Shown: positions 8,569 to 18,301 of the stretch, piece by piece | Layout: each line of letters starts with the position of its first letter | Position numbering within the stretch: the first letter of the stretch is position 1 | Source of the DNA: a virus | Taxonomy: Duplodnaviria; Caudoviricetes | Strand: one strand, 5' to 3' | IMG/VR virus record: IMGVR_UViG_3300043399_000721 | Coordinates: 1-53,592 of that record | DNA: 53,592 nt | Notes under the pieces: model-generated | Told to the model about the DNA's origin: nothing | What the model saw: the letters and a program-made list of their open reading frames with translations, nothing else | Databases searched by the model: none | Translations under genes and position numbers: made by a program

Positions 8569-9826
8569 GTTTACAAAAACAGAAAAACAAAATCAGGCGA
8601 TAAAAAAACTCTCTGGCATAGCAAGACACATCATGCTTTACGGAGGATCAAGGTCAGGAAAAACATTTATTTCTGTTTACGCAATAATAGTCAGAGCATG
8701 CAAAGTAAAATCAAGGCACGCTATCCTTCGCCTAAATTTCAACCACATCAAAACATCTATATGGCTTGATACTCTTCCTAAGGTTTTAAAAATTGCCTTT
8801 CCTGATCTTTCTGTTGAATGGAACAAAACAGACTACTACATAACATTTCCAAATGGGTCAGAGATATGGATCGCTGGCCTTGATGATGAAAAGAGAGTTG
8901 AAAAGATTCTTGGTAAGGAATACTCAACAATTTACTTTAACGAGTGTTCGCAGATTCCATACAAGTCTATTCAGATTGCTCTTACAAGACTTGCAGAAAA
9001 GAATGAATTAAGAAAGAAAGCATACTACGATGAGAACCCACCATCAAAAAAACATTGGTCTTATTGGCTGTTTATAAAAAAGCTTGATCCAATAGACAAC
9101 GTTCCCGTCGAAGATGATAAGTACGAATCAATTTTAATGAATCCTGGAGACAATCTACAGAATATTGACGAAGAGTACATTTCCGAAGTGCTAAACAATC
9201 TTTCAGAAGCACAAAAGAAAAGGTTCAGGGATGGCGAATTCGCCTCGGACGATGACGGAGTTGCTTACTATTCTTTCGACAGGGAAAAGCACGTTCAACA
9301 GATAGAAAACAAATTACTACTTGGACAAAGGCTTGTCGGAATGGATTTTAACGTCCAGCCCATGACTGCCGTTGTCGCTCATTACACAAGTGGCAGGTTT
9401 TATATTTTCCAGGAAGTGTTTTTAGAGAACTCGGATACATTTAAAATGTCAGATTTCCTTATTAAAAACGGACATAAGGGAGCCAGCATTTATCCAGATT
9501 CAACCGGGAAGAACAGAAAGACATCGGGGAAATCCGATCATCACATTTTACAAGAGTCAGGCTTTAGGGTTCAATATACAAGAAACCCAATGGTTATTGA
9601 TAGGGTTAATAATATAAACAGACTCCTCATGGACGGTAAGATTATTATTTCTCCTAACTGCAAAAAACTAATAAACGACTTGGAAAAGGTTTCCTGGAAA
9701 GATGGTCAACTCGATCAAAAGTCGGACAAGATGCTTACCCACATATCGGATGCGCTCGGTTATTTATGTTGGGCGATCGAACCGCTATTAGAAAAACAAC
9801 CAGAATCTAAATTTACTCAACTATAG
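8561..9826 (+). CDS. terL: Terminase large subunit (PBSX-like)
   Basis: Walker A GGSRSGKT, Walker B IYFNE, DENP coupling motif, nuclease GMDFN...HISDALGY. Confidence 0.95.
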   Translation: MHKFTKTEKQNQAIKKLSGIARHIMLYGGSRSGKTFISVYAIIVRACKVKSRHAILRLNFNHIKTSIWLDTLPKVLKIAFPDLSVEWNKTDYYITFPNGSEIWIAGLDDEKRVEKILGKEYSTIYFNECSQIPYKSIQIALTRLAEKNELRKKAYYDENPPSKKHWSYWLFIKKLDPIDNVPVEDDKYESILMNPGDNLQNIDEEYISEVLNNLSEAQKKRFRDGEFASDDDGVAYYSFDREKHVQQIENKLLLGQRLVGMDFNVQPMTAVVAHYTSGRFYIFQEVFLENSDTFKMSDFLIKNGHKGASIYPDSTGKNRKTSGKSDHHILQESGFRVQYTRNPMVIDRVNNINRLLMDGKIIISPNCKKLINDLEKVSWKDGQLDQKSDKMLTHISDALGYLCWAIEPLLEKQPESKFTQL

Positions 9827-9833
9827 GATCAAT

Positions 9834-11177
9834 ATGCTCAAGCAAAGAAGAAAGGAAATCATCGACTACGTTAAGGACAATGCTTCGTTCCTGAGAACCA
9901 ACACAGAGGCACTCGACATTTACGAGGGAAATCTTCGCCCATACGTTGATGACATTCTCCGCAAGAGTCTTTCTCCTACCTATTACGGATCAATCAAGGA
10001 CAGGATTCTCCCGATCAACATTCTTCAACGTTTCGTCGATAAGGTTGCTACAACATATGCCAAGCCGCCAATCAGACACAGCGACGACGCACGAACGCAG
10101 GACTTCGTTGAGTATTACGATAAAGCACTTGCGATCAACAACTCTGGTAACATTGCCGATGCCTACTCTCACCTGTTCAAAGGCTTTGCTTGGGAGCCAT
10201 ACATCAACAAGAATGGAAAACCTGCGCTGAGAGAGCTTCCGTTTAACTCTTTCCTTGTGATGTCCGACTCGATGGTCAACCCGGAGGAAGAGACAATCTT
10301 CATCAAGCTCATGGGCAAGAAAGGACAAGACGAAGATTCGATGCTTCTCTTTGTTTACACCGATCAAGAGTTCGATGCTTTTTATCTTAACGGCAACGAA
10401 GCATCCGAGTATCTGGTGGACAACGAAGGGATCAACGTCATCGGAACCATTCCGTTTGTTTACGGCAAGAGACAGAAGAACAGGTTAATGCCCGTGCTCG
10501 ATACCGATATGCTTGCGATCACGAAGTCTATTCCATGCATGCTGACCGATGCGTCTGGCGCACAAATGTATCAGGCGTTCTCAATCATTTACGGGATTGA
10601 TATTTCTGCAGAGAATTTGAAAATGTCACCGAACGCACTATGGTCTATCAAGTCAGATCGGGAGAGTGACAAGAATCCACAACTTGGAGTTCTCACTCCG
10701 TCCGCTGATACCGATAAGGTTCTCTCATTTATCACAACCACGTTTACGCTATGGCTCGAGACAAAAGGTGTTCGCACCGGATCAACAGGACAAACAAGCG
10801 GATCAAATCTTTCTTCTGGGATCGCGAAGATCATCGACGAGATGGACGTATGGGAACTAAAGAAGAAGTCACAAGCATGGTTCAAGCAAGACGAAGAAGA
10901 ACTCTGGAACGTGAAACTTCCTAAGATTCACAACTATTGGATCAAGTCTGGCATGATTTCTCCGGCCATGGTTCCACCAATTCAGCCAGAAGAGCTTGAT
11001 GTTGATGTGGTGTTTGAAGAACCAAAACCGATGATCTCAAGAGTAGAAGAAATTTCTAATATCCGGTCAGAGCTTGAACTCGGAACGATGACCATGAAAC
11101 AAGCTATTAAACAACTTCATCCAAACCTAGAGCACTACGAGATTGAAGAAGTAATGGCAAACAGAGTCATGATGTAA
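9834..11177 (+). CDS. Portal protein
   Basis: 447 aa directly after terL; SPP1-gp6-like motifs (IPFV, SSGIAK). Confidence 0.85.
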   Translation: MLKQRRKEIIDYVKDNASFLRTNTEALDIYEGNLRPYVDDILRKSLSPTYYGSIKDRILPINILQRFVDKVATTYAKPPIRHSDDARTQDFVEYYDKALAINNSGNIADAYSHLFKGFAWEPYINKNGKPALRELPFNSFLVMSDSMVNPEEETIFIKLMGKKGQDEDSMLLFVYTDQEFDAFYLNGNEASEYLVDNEGINVIGTIPFVYGKRQKNRLMPVLDTDMLAITKSIPCMLTDASGAQMYQAFSIIYGIDISAENLKMSPNALWSIKSDRESDKNPQLGVLTPSADTDKVLSFITTTFTLWLETKGVRTGSTGQTSGSNLSSGIAKIIDEMDVWELKKKSQAWFKQDEEELWNVKLPKIHNYWIKSGMISPAMVPPIQPEELDVDVVFEEPKPMISRVEEISNIRSELELGTMTMKQAIKQLHPNLEHYEIEEVMANRVMM

Positions 11178-11178
11178 G

Positions 11179-11700
11179 ATGGCAAAATATTCGGTTAAAA
11201 TTCCATTCACTAGATCGATCAAGGTTAAGGATAGGCAGAAGATTGCCGATGCTTTTTTGACTCACATCATAGGAAGGACGCTTGCTGGTTACGATAAAGA
11301 GAACGAGCGTTTTGCTGGTTACACTAAACAATATGCAGAGTTTAAAGGTGTAGGACGCAGGGATGTTGATCTTACCTTATCTGGTGAGATGCTTGATCAA
11401 TTAAAGGTTCTAAAGATAGATGCTCGTGGTGTCGAGATAGGTTATCGTGGCAGTAAAGAGCTTATCGGTAAGGTTGAGGGTAATATCCTTGGTACATATG
11501 GTCAGCCGGATCCAATTCCAGGTAAAGCTCGGGATTTTCTCGGAATTGATGACAACGATGCTGAAATGATTGTCGAAGCATACGCAGATGAAGACTTGTC
11601 AGAACTCACAGAAGAAGAACTAGATATTATTGCTCGTGAAGCTGCGCGTGAGATTCTGGGTGATATTGACTTCTTTGGAGATGATGATGGCGAAGCCTGA
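11179..11700 (+). CDS. Virion morphogenesis/neck-type protein
   Basis: FAGYTKQYAEFK...DLTLSGEML...RDFLGI resembles the phage virion morphogenesis (tail completion) family. Confidence 0.6.
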   Translation: MAKYSVKIPFTRSIKVKDRQKIADAFLTHIIGRTLAGYDKENERFAGYTKQYAEFKGVGRRDVDLTLSGEMLDQLKVLKIDARGVEIGYRGSKELIGKVEGNILGTYGQPDPIPGKARDFLGIDDNDAEMIVEAYADEDLSELTEEELDIIAREAAREILGDIDFFGDDDGEA

Positions 11701-12178
11701 GGATGTCCTGAAGAAGGTAGGAGATAGACTCAAGATCAAGATTCGTCTTGCTAAGAATGCTGCTGCCAGAGAGCTTGCTGGACTTATTCCAGAGCTAGTC
11801 AAGATTAGAACTCGTGGCGCAGGAGATGGTGTTAATGGCCCACTAAAAGATTTAGAAAGCTCCACCATCAAGTACCGTGAGCGATACGATGATAACCTTC
11901 ATCCCGAGACAACTCCTACAACATCGAACCTCACCGCCACTGGACAGTTACTTGACTCACTCAAGGGGCGGAACGTAGGATCAAAGGTAATAGTAGAGCC
12001 GAAAGGTAGGAGAACTCAGGAGCTTTCTGGTGAAAGATCAAGAAAGACAAATAAACAAGTTTTGAAATACGTCGAAGATGGTGGGCGAGTCTTTAATGAG
12101 CTTAACCATGGTGAGCGTGCCGAGATCATTGAGACTGCTACACAGATTATTAAGGATGAACTTAAGGGTGTCACTTGA
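11687..12178 (+). CDS. Virion morphogenesis/neck-type protein (paralogue)
   Basis: LKDLESSTIKYR...NLTATGQLL; GGAG RBS before 11687. Confidence 0.55.
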   Translation: MAKPEDVLKKVGDRLKIKIRLAKNAAARELAGLIPELVKIRTRGAGDGVNGPLKDLESSTIKYRERYDDNLHPETTPTTSNLTATGQLLDSLKGRNVGSKVIVEPKGRRTQELSGERSRKTNKQVLKYVEDGGRVFNELNHGERAEIIETATQIIKDELKGVT

Positions 12179-12207
12179 CACCAGTAATCAACAGGGAGAA
12201 TATATTT

Positions 12208-12798
12208 ATGTCGGATCAAGTGGTCAGTGACCAATCTCAAAGCAACGGTGTTGCTCCTGAGCCTAAGACGAGTGATGTTGTTAAGTATGAAACCTATAAA
12301 AGGGTTTTGTCCGAAGCAAAAATGCTCAAAGAGAAGGTAAGGGAGTACGAAACAACTCTCCAACAAACTCAAGAGCAAAAACTGAAAGAGCAGAATGAAT
12401 GGAAGGCACTCGCTGAGCAATACAAAGCGAAGCTAGATCAGACATCTAATGTTCTTCAGGAGCAGGAAAGAAGCATCGTCAACGGTCTTAAGTATCATGA
12501 ATTTGAGAAGCATCTGGGCGGAAAACTGAAGAATCAGGACTATGCCACATTTGTAGATTTTGATCGGATCGTATTGAACCCGGAGACTAAGAAAGTTGAT
12601 GAGGATTCAGCCAAGGCAGTGGCCGCAGACTTCGTTAAGAGACATTCCTCACTGGTAGAATTTGCCGGACAAGGAAGACTTCCCAACGATGCTCCTAAAG
12701 GTTTCTCTCCTGGCGAAAAATCCGTTAGCGACATGAAGGATCCAAAAGAAATTCAAAAACATATCCTTGAGCTTGCTGCACAAGGACTAATTAAATAG
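12208..12798 (+). CDS. Capsid scaffolding protein
   Basis: Coiled-coil (EQKLKEQNEWKALAE) directly upstream of the capsid gene; GGGAG RBS. Confidence 0.75.
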   Translation: MSDQVVSDQSQSNGVAPEPKTSDVVKYETYKRVLSEAKMLKEKVREYETTLQQTQEQKLKEQNEWKALAEQYKAKLDQTSNVLQEQERSIVNGLKYHEFEKHLGGKLKNQDYATFVDFDRIVLNPETKKVDEDSAKAVAADFVKRHSSLVEFAGQGRLPNDAPKGFSPGEKSVSDMKDPKEIQKHILELAAQGLIK

Positions 12799-12808
12799 GA
12801 GCTACTAA

Positions 12809-13663
12809 ATGGACGTTATCACAGGCAATACCCAGCTCGGGAATACAAAACAAGACCTAATTGCCGCAATGGTACAGCGTGAACTCGCTTTCCGTGCAAA
12901 ACTTCTTCCATTCTTCACTGACCTTTCTCCAATGGTTGGCAAAGGAATGCAATCTATCTCTATCCCTAAACTCTCCTCTTTCGCTGTCGCTGACCGTGCC
13001 GAAGGTGTTGCGGGTGAGATTTCTGCTCTCTCAACAGGTGTTGATAAACTTGAGCTTAACCAGAATCTTTATGTTTCTTGGTTGATCGACAGCATGACAG
13101 CAACTCAGTCTAACATTCCTGCTCAGCTTCTTTTCGCTCAGCGTGCTGCTGCTGCTCAAGCTCGCAAAATCGACGAGCTTATTATCGCTGAACTCGGTGC
13201 GATTGCTCATGCTTTCGTCAACGTAGGTGCTGATGCAAACGTAACTTACGCTAACCTCACTACTATGGTTCGTGAACTCGAAGAAAATGAAGCTATGATG
13301 GAAGATTGTGTATGGCTCGTTTCTCCTGCGCAGAAAGAAGCTATCTTCAATCTCGCTGAATTTAAGAACCAGTATCAGTTTGGTCAGGCAACACTCCCAA
13401 GTGGTGTTATCGGAACAATTCTTGGAATTCCAGTAGTCATGCACTCTGGTCTCGCCTCTGTTCAGGTTTACCTCGCTGAGAAGTCTGGTCTTGCTTACGC
13501 ATTTCAGAAGACTGCTTCTTACGCTGAAGAGAACGAAATTGCTTACGGTGTTGGCGCTAAACGTGCTGCCGTTGATCAACTCTTTGGTCTTAAGGGTATG
13601 CAGCTTGGCCAGAAAGGTGCTGCTGCAGGCAAGTCTCCACTGGTTATCGGTCTCAACGACTAG
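12809..13663 (+). CDS. Major capsid protein (HK97 fold)
   Basis: 284 aa, strong codon bias, GVIGTILGIPVV motif, follows scaffold, followed by terminator. Confidence 0.88.
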   Translation: MDVITGNTQLGNTKQDLIAAMVQRELAFRAKLLPFFTDLSPMVGKGMQSISIPKLSSFAVADRAEGVAGEISALSTGVDKLELNQNLYVSWLIDSMTATQSNIPAQLLFAQRAAAAQARKIDELIIAELGAIAHAFVNVGADANVTYANLTTMVRELEENEAMMEDCVWLVSPAQKEAIFNLAEFKNQYQFGQATLPSGVIGTILGIPVVMHSGLASVQVYLAEKSGLAYAFQKTASYAEENEIAYGVGAKRAAVDQLFGLKGMQLGQKGAAAGKSPLVIGLND

Positions 13664-13679
13664 TTTCAAAATCATTGAC

Positions 13680-13710
13680 GAGGGTGCGGTGAAAGCCGTA
13701 CCCTCTTATT
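13680..13710 (+). terminator. Rho-independent terminator after capsid gene
   Basis: GAGGGTGCGGT-GAAA-GCCGTACCCTC-TTATT. Confidence 0.75.
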
Positions 13711-13920
13711 ATGAATAAGAAACCATCGCACATAAAGCACTTCCTAAAGAGCAGAAGCCCGGAAATGCTCAAGGCGATGATGCTAAAGAATAGTGTTGAG
13801 AAAAGACACTATTTTGATTACTTCATTGTCCACGATGGACAGTTCTGGTTTGCTTGGTACGAGTGGGACACTGACTATACTACGGATGTGAATGATGAAA
13901 TCATCTCTGAAGGACCGTGA
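13711..13920 (+). CDS. Hypothetical protein
   Basis: 69 aa ORF in the structural operon. Confidence 0.55.
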   Translation: MNKKPSHIKHFLKSRSPEMLKAMMLKNSVEKRHYFDYFIVHDGQFWFAWYEWDTDYTTDVNDEIISEGP

Positions 13921-14158
13921 GTTTGATAAATTCCGTCCCGCCCCGAATGATAAATCCTCTATTTCAGTAACTGCCGACACACCCATACCGGTTGATTCAT
14001 CCGGCGTTTATTGGGATGAAATCACAACTACCTTTCCGTCTTCAACTCAGGAATTGTTTACTTATAAAAAAGATGCTGTAATTGTTCAAACTGTATTGGT
14101 AACGTATCAGGCAACGGACAAGAAAACGATAATCTCCATGGTTCGAGAGAGGTTCTAA
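13892..14158 (+). CDS. Hypothetical virion protein
   Basis: 88 aa ORF in the structural operon. Confidence 0.6.
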   Translation: MMKSSLKDREFDKFRPAPNDKSSISVTADTPIPVDSSGVYWDEITTTFPSSTQELFTYKKDAVIVQTVLVTYQATDKKTIISMVRERF

Positions 14159-14346
14159 TGCCTTGGCGTTTTGATCCTCAAGCTGTTGATCTTGTCTTCG
14201 TTAGCTTCGGAACACAACAAATAGTCTCTGGTGAGGTTAGCTTCGGTGAAGAGATTGGAAGTGACCTTTTACTTGATACCGGAGAAAGAACAAACGATAC
14301 GTCTATAGTCGACGGCGGTCTAAGGGTAATCGATGGCAGTATTTAA
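14158..14346 (+). CDS. Hypothetical virion protein
   Basis: 62 aa, TAATG-coupled, ends in a VDGG motif. Confidence 0.55.
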   Translation: MPWRFDPQAVDLVFVSFGTQQIVSGEVSFGEEIGSDLLLDTGERTNDTSIVDGGLRVIDGSI

Positions 14347-14713
14347 AGTCCCAAAAATTACTACAGCACAAAGAGAATCCTTGGTTCTTTCTGCGGCGGA
14401 GATAGTATTTGATACTGACTCTGCCGTCTACTTCGGAGGAAACGATGTATCGATGGGCGGTTTCCCTCTAGGTGCTAGTGGTGGAACATCAAACGTAGAA
14501 ACATTTATTCTTGATTCTCAAGATATTACAAATAAAAAAGTGATTTTATCATCCGAGCCTTTTTATCCATCATCGGTTCAACTTACTGTTGCTGGTGGTA
14601 TCCAGCAGATAAATGGGATTGATTTTGAGGTAGTTGGAACTGAATTAAGATGGGATGGTTTAGGGCTTGATAACTTTCTCGAAGTAAACGACACTTTAAT
14701 AATTCAATTCTAA
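14333..14713 (+). CDS. Fibre adaptor/docking protein
   Basis: N-terminal TTAQR...EIVFDTD fibre motif; C-terminal domain resembles the C-termini of the large fibres in this window. Confidence 0.6.
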   Translation: MAVFKVPKITTAQRESLVLSAAEIVFDTDSAVYFGGNDVSMGGFPLGASGGTSNVETFILDSQDITNKKVILSSEPFYPSSVQLTVAGGIQQINGIDFEVVGTELRWDGLGLDNFLEVNDTLIIQF

Positions 14714-14728
14714 CAATGGAGTGCATGG

Positions 14729-17320
14729 ATGGCGCAACTAATTAAAAAGAGATTTCTCTCAAGCGAGATTATTTCTTATTTCGACGATCAAATTGATTCG
14801 GTAGAGCAAGGACTTGCTCAGGAGCTTTTGGATAGGGCTTCCGGTGATGAGTCAACTCTTCAGGCAGCTAAAGATTATACAGACGCAGAAGTTCTTGCCG
14901 AAGCTGGTCTTCGTGCTTCTGGTGATGCTGCACTTGATACACGTATTACAACTCTCGAGGGTCAAGTCGGTGATGATCTCCAAGCGGCAATTGCTGCTCT
15001 TCAGGCAGTAGACTCTGGACTTCAGTCTCAGATTGATGCTCTTGAGGGCTTTGGTTATGACCAGGTAGTTTACGTAGCTAAGGGTGGTCTTGATACTAAC
15101 ACAGGAAAGCAGCACTCTCCTTTCTTGACTATTGCTGCTGCAATGAGCGCAATTACAGACGCTTCCCCTACAAAGCGTTATGTAATTAAACTTCAAGCAG
15201 GAACATACACAGAATCATCTTTAGCACTTAAGCCAAACGTCTTTGTTATCGGTGACAGCATGTATTCTACAAGAATTAGTGGCGCGGTATCGCTTCACAG
15301 TTCTTTTACTGGTTCTGCTGATAACAGGTCAGGTTTTGCTGGTGTTACAATCAACTCCGCTGTTGATTTTAACTGGGCAACAGTAACATCTGCTGCAGGT
15401 AAGATTTACTGCCGTGATGTTCAATTTGTTTCAACAGTGAACATGTATGGCCACAACAACGCTATTGCGCAAGCACAGTACACAAACTGTATTTTCTTTG
15501 GCGCACTTACAATCAGCGGTATTAATGTTGGCGTATTTAGTAACAACATCTGCTTTGGAAACATTACCCTTTCACAACATCCTAATGGTGGGATGGCGAC
15601 AATTCTCACAGCAACAGGCGGTTACTGTGCAGGAACAATTACTCAGACTGCCTCTGTAAATGACTTTAACAGAAGATCGGCATCGTTCCTTAGGGGCTTC
15701 AACTCTGAAAAGCTCGTTATCAACGGGCCATCGGCATACGCTGATGTAGACCTGATTTCTCAAGGCAAACAGACTCCTGACATCCTTAATGGGGCAAGCC
15801 TTGTCCCTATGACTCCATCTGTGAACTATAACCTTACAACGCAGATGATTGTTCCTAAGGCAACAAATTCTCACAACATGGGAGATTGGGGCAAGCAGTG
15901 GACTTGGAACTTTGGTTATGTCCACGCATCAACTGGCACTGATTTGTTACTTATTTCCTATCCGTCTTCTTATAGTCCCGACTCTGCCGGTAAATCCATC
16001 GGCATTTACACTGATGGCGCTGGCCTTCAGGAAAATGTAGACGGCGGTAGTATTGAACTCGCAACAGCGGCCGTTTCTGGAACTGGTGTGCGTGGGAAAA
16101 TCACTCTCGACGCAAGAGAAATTGACGTAACCAGTAAGCAAATTAAAAATCTTGCCGACGGTACTTTTGCAACGGATGCTGTAAACAAGGGACAACTCGA
16201 ATCTGCCATTGCAGCTATTCCTCCGGTAGACCTTTCTGGTTACTACACAAAGCCAGAAGTGGATGGTATCGAATCTGGTCTTCAGTCTCAGATTGACACA
16301 GAAAAGGGTCGAATTGATGCTATCCTTCTTGCATCGGATGCTGATAAAGACAGTTTCAAGGAAATCGTCGATATCATCAATTCTGTTGACACAGAAAACG
16401 ATGAAGCATTTGCTGGCTATGTTCTCTCTAACGACGCTCGGGTAACTGAAGTCGAAGGCAATCTTGCTCAGGAAGTATCTGACAGACAAGCAGCAATTTC
16501 AGCGGTTGAGCAATCAATCAGTGACCTTGCTTCTACAGCTACTCAAGAATTTGCAGACCTCCACGGTGCAGTTATTGTTACTACATCTGAAGGAGTAGCT
16601 CAGGGGCTTCAGTCTCAGCACTCCTACCTTTTCGTAGGCTCTCAGGCGCATACTCTTAAGCTGCCAGATTTTGCCGACCTTACAGTAGGTGAAATCTTTT
16701 ATGTAACTAACCGCTCGACTCAGTCTATTTCTGTAAAGCGTCACGATGAAGCTGTGTTCCCTGGTACGCCTATTTCTGCTTATCTGGTGGGCCCAGGACA
16801 AAGAGGGGCTTTCACTTATTTTGGCGGCGGCGGATTCGGTCTTGCTGCATCAATGGTCTTTGGTGTTGATGGGTCACAGAACGCATCCGGACTTAAGATT
16901 GTAAACCTTGGTGATGGTGTCGCCGCTGGTGACGCTGTAAACAAGGGTCAGCTTGATGCTCTTGAATCTTCTGCAGTTTCGGCCCTTGGTGCAATTCAAG
17001 ATGAGGTTGATGCTGTTGAGTTTAGTGTTTCGGCCATTGACTCTCGTGTGCAAGCACTTGAAGCGCAGGTTGATGGTCCTTCATTCTTTAATAGTTCTGC
17101 TGTAATTGGCGAAGAGCTTGCCTACCTTGATCTTGATCGTGAATACATTAAACTCATGTCTGTGGCCGTCGGAAGACTTGCCATCCACGAGGGAGAGGAC
17201 TTCACAGTGTCAGTTGTTGCTGGCAAAACTCGACTCACATGGATTGGATCACTTGCTAATCCAAGCGGAACAGAAAAGATGGAGAAAGGCGATAAAGTAT
17301 TTTGGGTCGGAGCTTACTAA
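14729..17320 (+). CDS. Large trimeric fibre/spike protein (head- or neck-associated)
   Basis: 863 aa: coiled coils, VYVAKGG...PFLTIAAAM beta-helix entry motif, two YadA-stalk-like necks (KNLADG...DAVNKGQL). Confidence 0.8.
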   Translation: MAQLIKKRFLSSEIISYFDDQIDSVEQGLAQELLDRASGDESTLQAAKDYTDAEVLAEAGLRASGDAALDTRITTLEGQVGDDLQAAIAALQAVDSGLQSQIDALEGFGYDQVVYVAKGGLDTNTGKQHSPFLTIAAAMSAITDASPTKRYVIKLQAGTYTESSLALKPNVFVIGDSMYSTRISGAVSLHSSFTGSADNRSGFAGVTINSAVDFNWATVTSAAGKIYCRDVQFVSTVNMYGHNNAIAQAQYTNCIFFGALTISGINVGVFSNNICFGNITLSQHPNGGMATILTATGGYCAGTITQTASVNDFNRRSASFLRGFNSEKLVINGPSAYADVDLISQGKQTPDILNGASLVPMTPSVNYNLTTQMIVPKATNSHNMGDWGKQWTWNFGYVHASTGTDLLLISYPSSYSPDSAGKSIGIYTDGAGLQENVDGGSIELATAAVSGTGVRGKITLDAREIDVTSKQIKNLADGTFATDAVNKGQLESAIAAIPPVDLSGYYTKPEVDGIESGLQSQIDTEKGRIDAILLASDADKDSFKEIVDIINSVDTENDEAFAGYVLSNDARVTEVEGNLAQEVSDRQAAISAVEQSISDLASTATQEFADLHGAVIVTTSEGVAQGLQSQHSYLFVGSQAHTLKLPDFADLTVGEIFYVTNRSTQSISVKRHDEAVFPGTPISAYLVGPGQRGAFTYFGGGGFGLAASMVFGVDGSQNASGLKIVNLGDGVAAGDAVNKGQLDALESSAVSALGAIQDEVDAVEFSVSAIDSRVQALEAQVDGPSFFNSSAVIGEELAYLDLDREYIKLMSVAVGRLAIHEGEDFTVSVVAGKTRLTWIGSLANPSGTEKMEKGDKVFWVGAY

Positions 17321-17330
17321 GGAGAATTTT

Positions 17331-17420
17331 ATGAATAAACCGCAACCGCCAATTCCACCAAGCAAACCAGAAAACCCACAACCAAAACCAGTTTCTGTAG
17401 AGCCAAGCGTAGAACCGTAG
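17331..17420 (+). CDS. 29-aa proline-rich peptide
   Basis: AAGGAG RBS, then MNKPQPPIPPSKPENPQPKPVSVEPSVEP, then a terminator. Confidence 0.5.
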   Translation: MNKPQPPIPPSKPENPQPKPVSVEPSVEP

Positions 17421-17427
17421 ACTAATC

Positions 17428-17456
17428 AGGGAGGGGAGAAATCTCCTCCCTTTCTT
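17428..17456 (+). terminator. Rho-independent terminator
   Basis: AGGGAGGGGA-GAAA-TCTCCTCCCT-TTCTT. Confidence 0.8.
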
Positions 17457-17467
17457 CAGGATGAACG

Positions 17468-18301
17468 ATGAATAAACGAGTTTTCTTTTCTGATAATGGA
17501 GTCCTCAGGGACTTCTCGGTAAATTTAAACAAGTATGATTCAACCGAATCAGTATTTGATTACAAAACAGGAGAAGATTACTTTTTTATCGGTTCACGTT
17601 TACCATTTAACCAACTTTATTTTAAGCTCGTCACACTAAATGAGCTACCGGCCAATATGTATGTAGAGGTATGGGACGGCTCACAATGGCAGTTTGTTAA
17701 TGAAGTCATTGATGAAACAGGCGCCTTCTCAGACTCTGGTTATATTACCTTCTACCCTGACCGTGATTATGGATGGGATCTTGCCGACACAGCAAGCACC
17801 GGTGAGGTAGTGGAAGGGCTTGAGTCAGTTAAGATTTACGATCGTTACTGGCTTAGACTTAGCTTTGACGCTGACCTAACAGAGGGTGTATCACTCTCGT
17901 GGCTTGGGAATATCTTTTCAGATGATGGTGACTTGGGTGCAGAGTATCCAGATCTCATTAAGACAAACGTGCTTTCCTCATTTAAGTCAGGCAAGACTAA
18001 CTGGGAGGAACAACACGTTCGTGCTGCTTATATCATTGAGCAGGACTTGATTATAAACAAAGTTGCAATATCCCCTGAGCAAATTCTTGATCGGGAAGAC
18101 TACAGACTTGCGTCAGTTCAGAAGACAGCGGAAATTATCTTTAATGCCTTCGGTGACGACTTTACTGATAATAAACAAAGAGCAAAAGAAGAGTATCAGC
18201 GCAGAATTTCTGCACCCAATAAGAAAATCGATCGTAATGCTAACGCTGTTGAAGACCGTTATGAGACTATGAATGAGTCTTCGGGTTGGTTACAAAGATG
18301 A
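17468..18301 (+). CDS. Putative head-tail adaptor with N-terminal beta-sandwich domain
   Basis: 277 aa; position before tail terminator and tube; helical C-terminal third. Confidence 0.5.
   Translation: MNKRVFFSDNGVLRDFSVNLNKYDSTESVFDYKTGEDYFFIGSRLPFNQLYFKLVTLNELPANMYVEVWDGSQWQFVNEVIDETGAFSDSGYITFYPDRDYGWDLADTASTGEVVEGLESVKIYDRYWLRLSFDADLTEGVSLSWLGNIFSDDGDLGAEYPDLIKTNVLSSFKSGKTNWEEQHVRAAYIIEQDLIINKVAISPEQILDREDYRLASVQKTAEIIFNAFGDDFTDNKQRAKEEYQRRISAPNKKIDRNANAVEDRYETMNESSGWLQR

Noticed and set aside
12861-16801. Antisense and alternative-frame ORFs (for example 13031-13675 and 15947-16489, minus strand)
   Set aside because: Shadows of strongly codon-biased structural genes; no RBS or recognisable motifs.
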